25,712 nucleotides of DNA from a virus (taxonomy: Duplodnaviria > Caudoviricetes): the IMG/VR virus record IMGVR_UViG_3300049044_000040, positions 1 to 25,712 of that record, one strand, 5' to 3'. A model generated the notes under the pieces. The model searched no databases and was not told the DNA's origin. It saw nothing but the letters and a program-made list of their open reading frames with translations. Of this stretch, positions 22,303 through 25,712 are shown one piece after another (the stretch's first letter is position 1; the number at the start of each line of letters is the position of its first letter). The translations under genes were made by a program, and so were the position numbers.

Positions 22303-23260
22303 ATTAGTTTGTTTAGAATGTAAACAGATATTTGAAAGTGATGAGGGCTTACACCGCCATTTGAGGGCGCATAAACTACTCATGTCGGAATATTATTTTA
22401 AACATTTTCCCCGCCATGATAAGTATTCAGGGGAACCAATTAAGTTTCGTGATAAAGAGTCCTATTTTTATAACGATTTCAATAGTAAGGATAATCTAAA
22501 ACGTTGGCTAGAACGAGTTACTGAGGATGAAGCTAGGGTTTATATCAAAAGCTATTTTTTTTCACGTAAGGAAAGAAAACAACTAAAGTATGCGCCTACT
22601 CAAGTAGAGTTAAGGTCTTTACCTATTCCAGGAATGATTTATTTGAGTAAATTGTTTGGTAGTTATAAAGTTTTATGTGACTCAGTGGGGTTGGCTGTCA
22701 GATACCCAAAACTATACTTTACAAAACCGCTCAAGAACATTTCTAAATACGTAATCCATTACGACACTCGTGAACAAAATCCCTTATCGTTTAGTCTAAA
22801 GTCAGAAAAACAAACTTTGTCTTATGCTGACTATAGATTAAGTGATGATGAAATTACTTGTAAATGCTATATCGAACGTAAAAACGTAGGCGATTTTCAT
22901 GGGACGTTAGGTAGAAGTGTTACTCGATTTAAACGGGAGTTAGTAAAAGCACGTAACGCAGGGGCTTATGTCATCGTTGTGACTGAAGGGCGTTTTGAAG
23001 ACGTTTTGAATTTTTCTGGCAAATCGTTTTTTAATAAGCCCCTTAATGGTGGCGAGCAAAAGGATGAAAAACCAATTCTGTCTTCGCCCTACCATGTATT
23101 CTATGGTATGAGAGAAATAATGGAAGAATTCGATAACGTTCAATTCTTATTTGTTAATGACAGAATAGAAGCTTCACGAGTGATTGAGAAAATATTTGCC
23201 AGTAATTGTGAATACAAAGAGTGTGACCTTCAACTAGCTTACGATTTAGGTCATCTTTAA
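22295..23260 (+). CDS. C2H2 zinc finger + ERCC4(XPF/Mus81)-type nuclease
   Basis: CLEC..F.....LHRHLRAH; YDTREQ, ADY, IERKNVGDF, RFKREL motifs. Confidence 0.8.
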   Translation: MDKLVCLECKQIFESDEGLHRHLRAHKLLMSEYYFKHFPRHDKYSGEPIKFRDKESYFYNDFNSKDNLKRWLERVTEDEARVYIKSYFFSRKERKQLKYAPTQVELRSLPIPGMIYLSKLFGSYKVLCDSVGLAVRYPKLYFTKPLKNISKYVIHYDTREQNPLSFSLKSEKQTLSYADYRLSDDEITCKCYIERKNVGDFHGTLGRSVTRFKRELVKARNAGAYVIVVTEGRFEDVLNFSGKSFFNKPLNGGEQKDEKPILSSPYHVFYGMREIMEEFDNVQFLFVNDRIEASRVIEKIFASNCEYKECDLQLAYDLGHL

Positions 23261-23291
23261 TTATGTGTAATATCGAACATTGGGTTGCAAT

Positions 23292-23450
23292 ATGATTACA
23301 GAATGCCAAGAATTCGAGGACAATAGTGCAGAGCGCGAATACAAGCAGCGTTTCGATTCAATAGCCAAAGAGCTAGACGAAATTAGAAGGGTGACAAACA
23401 GTATCTTAACTTTATGTGGTATGAACCCCCAAAATACATCAGGCCAGTAA
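23292..23450 (+). CDS. possible 52-aa protein (MITECQEF...), not in ORF track
   Basis: Fills the gap, preceded by a GTGTAA motif; overlaps the terminase start. Confidence 0.35.
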   Translation: MITECQEFEDNSAEREYKQRFDSIAKELDEIRRVTNSILTLCGMNPQNTSGQ

Positions 23451-25276
23451 CAAACTTCAATAAGGAACTAGCCGAAATCAAAGGTGAACTAGACGACAAC
23501 ATGGCTCGTCTTACCTTAGCTAAGTTCTTGCGCCAGAACGTTGGATTCACTACAGAACTCCTATCTGGCATCAAACTGGCCCCTTATCAAATCATCACTA
23601 TTAAGGGAATGTTGAACAGGAACTACAGCCTGTGCGTATGGGGTCGTGGTGTTGGTAAGACCTTCTGCGCGGCAATGTATTGTATCCTTCAATGTATCTT
23701 TGAACCTAAAACCAACATCCTAATTGCAGGCCCTACCTTCAGAACTGCAAGGTTTATCTTTAACTACATTACCCAAACGGTAGAGCGTGAAGACGCCAAA
23801 CTCCTATTTGACTGCTTTGGGGCTAAGATTCAGCGTAATGACGAATTTAGATGGCAAATCAATGGTGGTTCCATCGTAGCTATTCCTCTTAACGGCGAAA
23901 AGATTCGTGGTTTCCGTGCTAACGTCCTAGTCATCGACGAATTCCTGCTTATGTCCGAGGAAATGATTGAGAAGGTTCTCATGCCTTACTTGGTCGCCCC
24001 TCAGGATATGGAAAAGCGTATCAAAATCCGCGCTAAGGAAGATGAACTCATTGCTAGGGGTGTCATGCAGGAAAGCCAGAGGCAGGAGTTTAAGAACAAC
24101 GCCAAAATGATTGGTTTGTCCTCTGCCAGCTACAAGTGCGAATACCTCTATAAGAAATTTGAGCAATATGCCTCCGCTATTTATGACCCAACCCCTTCTG
24201 AGGCTGGTGTTACCTACTTTGTCAGCAATCTAGCATGGAACGCCATTCCTTCTGAAATGATGGATAAGTCCGTTATTGAAGTGGCCCAATCTGACGCTGC
24301 TAACTCTGCCAACTTCGCTCGCGAATATGGCGCACAGTTCATAGACGGTTCGGATTCCTACTTCTCCATGAACAAAATGATTGAATGCACAGTAAAAGAT
24401 GGGGAAGAACCTACATTACTTGTTAAAGGTGATAAGGCTAAGAAGTATCTCCTATCCATCGACCCTAACTTCTCCAATTCTGATACCGCCGACCATTTCG
24501 CCATGTGCGTTATCGAGCTAGACGAGGATTTGAATGGGGGCACCATCGTCCACCAATACGCTAAGGCAGGCGTAGACCTAAAAGACCATATCAAGTATCT
24601 CTATTACATCTTAACGAACTTCAATATCGAAATGATTTGCATCGACTATGCTGGTTACCAGTTTATCGACGCCGCCAATGAATCTGAACTCTTTAAGAGA
24701 CATAAACCAAGCCCAATTGAACTCAAGATATTCGACTTTACCTCTGAGAAGGATGGTGATGAATACAATGAGGAACTAAAGAAGGCTAAACGCACCTACA
24801 ACAAGACCAATCAGAAGATTGTCTTCACTCAATACTTTACCACTGACTTTATTCGTAAGGGTAACGAGTGGTTGCAGGGCTGTATCGACTACAAGAAGAT
24901 TTGGTTCGCTGGTAAAATCAAAGCTAACGGGCCAGCTTTCACAGCAGCCTCTAGCGCAAACTTAGACCTTAACCTTTTGGGGCTATCCAAGGAAGGTGAA
25001 GCTAAGGGTGAGACTCTTTACGACTTTATCACTGAACAAGACTACTTAATCTCCCAAGTTAAATACGAATGTGCATCCATTGAAGTCAAAACGACCGCCA
25101 AAGGCGTTCAGACATTCGACCTTCCACTGATGATTAAGAAGAATAACTCGGCAGACCGTATGAGGCGCGATAGTTACACTGCCCTCATGTTGGGTTGCTG
25201 GCTTATGAAGGCTTACAGGGAAATAACCACGCAGCCTGACGAACAATACGATACCTTTGCACCGTTTTTCGTGTAA
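23414..25276 (+). CDS. terL: terminase large subunit
   Basis: LAPYQ motif, Walker A GRGVGKT, IRGFRANVLVIDE Walker B, LSSA coupling motif, RNase H-like LLSIDP...DHFA...RRDSYTAL. Confidence 0.88.
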   Translation: MWYEPPKYIRPVTNFNKELAEIKGELDDNMARLTLAKFLRQNVGFTTELLSGIKLAPYQIITIKGMLNRNYSLCVWGRGVGKTFCAAMYCILQCIFEPKTNILIAGPTFRTARFIFNYITQTVEREDAKLLFDCFGAKIQRNDEFRWQINGGSIVAIPLNGEKIRGFRANVLVIDEFLLMSEEMIEKVLMPYLVAPQDMEKRIKIRAKEDELIARGVMQESQRQEFKNNAKMIGLSSASYKCEYLYKKFEQYASAIYDPTPSEAGVTYFVSNLAWNAIPSEMMDKSVIEVAQSDAANSANFAREYGAQFIDGSDSYFSMNKMIECTVKDGEEPTLLVKGDKAKKYLLSIDPNFSNSDTADHFAMCVIELDEDLNGGTIVHQYAKAGVDLKDHIKYLYYILTNFNIEMICIDYAGYQFIDAANESELFKRHKPSPIELKIFDFTSEKDGDEYNEELKKAKRTYNKTNQKIVFTQYFTTDFIRKGNEWLQGCIDYKKIWFAGKIKANGPAFTAASSANLDLNLLGLSKEGEAKGETLYDFITEQDYLISQVKYECASIEVKTTAKGVQTFDLPLMIKKNNSADRMRRDSYTALMLGCWLMKAYREITTQPDEQYDTFAPFFV

Positions 25277-25298
25277 TTAACTATAAGTGGTTTAAGGT

Positions 25299-25712
25299 AT
25301 GGATAGCTTATTAAGACTTAGACAAATAAATCAAACGGAACTTTCTGGCTATATCGCAAAGGTTTTAGTCCCTGCGCTAGCAGCCAGTGGCTATTTGATT
25401 TCTGGCACACATTTGCTACCTACCTCCTATTATCTTCAGGATTTAGGCTCTGTTGACTATCCTTATCGCAACATTCACGCCCACCAACTCTACTTCCCTT
25501 CTGGAACGGGCATCAATTTCGGAACTACCAGCTTCCACGCCTATACATCGGGCGGAAATGCTATTCTTAAGGTTGGTGGTTTCACTTTCAACTCTTCGCC
25601 TACTGGTTTATCCATCGTCGGCCCTTCTGGAGCAACTGGCCCAAGCGGTTCGACTGGCCCTACAGGTGCCTCAGGTATCGGTATTACTGGAGCCTCTGGT
25701 ATTGGTGGAACT
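25299..25712 (+). CDS. virion structural/fibre protein with collagen-like G-X-Y repeats (runs off window)
   Basis: MDSLLRLRQINQTELSGY...GPSGATGPSGSTGPTGASG; open to the window end; GTGTAATTA at 25271. Confidence 0.7.
   Translation, partial: MDSLLRLRQINQTELSGYIAKVLVPALAASGYLISGTHLLPTSYYLQDLGSVDYPYRNIHAHQLYFPSGTGINFGTTSFHAYTSGGNAILKVGGFTFNSSPTGLSIVGPSGATGPSGSTGPTGASGIGITGASGIGGT

Noticed and set aside
1-25712. Alternative genetic code (stop-codon reassignment)
   Set aside because: Long conserved genes are intact in the standard code, and TAA, TAG and TGA all appear as genuine stops

Overview
This window reads as part of a large tailed dsDNA bacteriophage genome. The left two-thirds (about 1-16,800) is an early/accessory region of about 40 mostly small genes. 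Recognisable products there include an AIPR-family protein, a stand-alone RuvB-like ATPase, a Gp88-like Cys-rich protein, a secreted lysozyme-fold protein, a compact CCA-adding/poly(A) polymerase-family enzyme and a DUF932/945-like protein. The most striking feature is its architecture. Many genes have their own near-consensus host sigma70 promoter (TTGACA-16/17-TGnTAnnnT), often embedded in the previous gene's 3' end or stop codon. The ATG sits only 6-10 nt after the -10 box with no room for a Shine-Dalgarno site, so this looks like an array of about 19 leaderless promoter-gene cassettes. Three promoters of the same type drive no leaderless ORF. They point to a ~153-nt end-paired structured RNA (10850-11002), a ~70-nt two-hairpin sRNA (2609-2679) and an antisense transcript across a late membrane gene (promoter 5168-5196). 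A non-coding hinge at 16,780-17,240 holds sigma54-like -24/-12 motifs, an IHF-like site, five co-oriented CCAGG sites and A-tracts, and may be a genome terminus or packaging site. The right third is a core/late block: Tat-signal papain-like protein, PhoH, GT2 glycosyltransferase, sigma-like factor, ERCC4-type nuclease, terminase large subunit and the start of a collagen-like virion protein, several preceded by a GTGTAA motif. All family calls come from motifs recognised by eye; no database searches were run.
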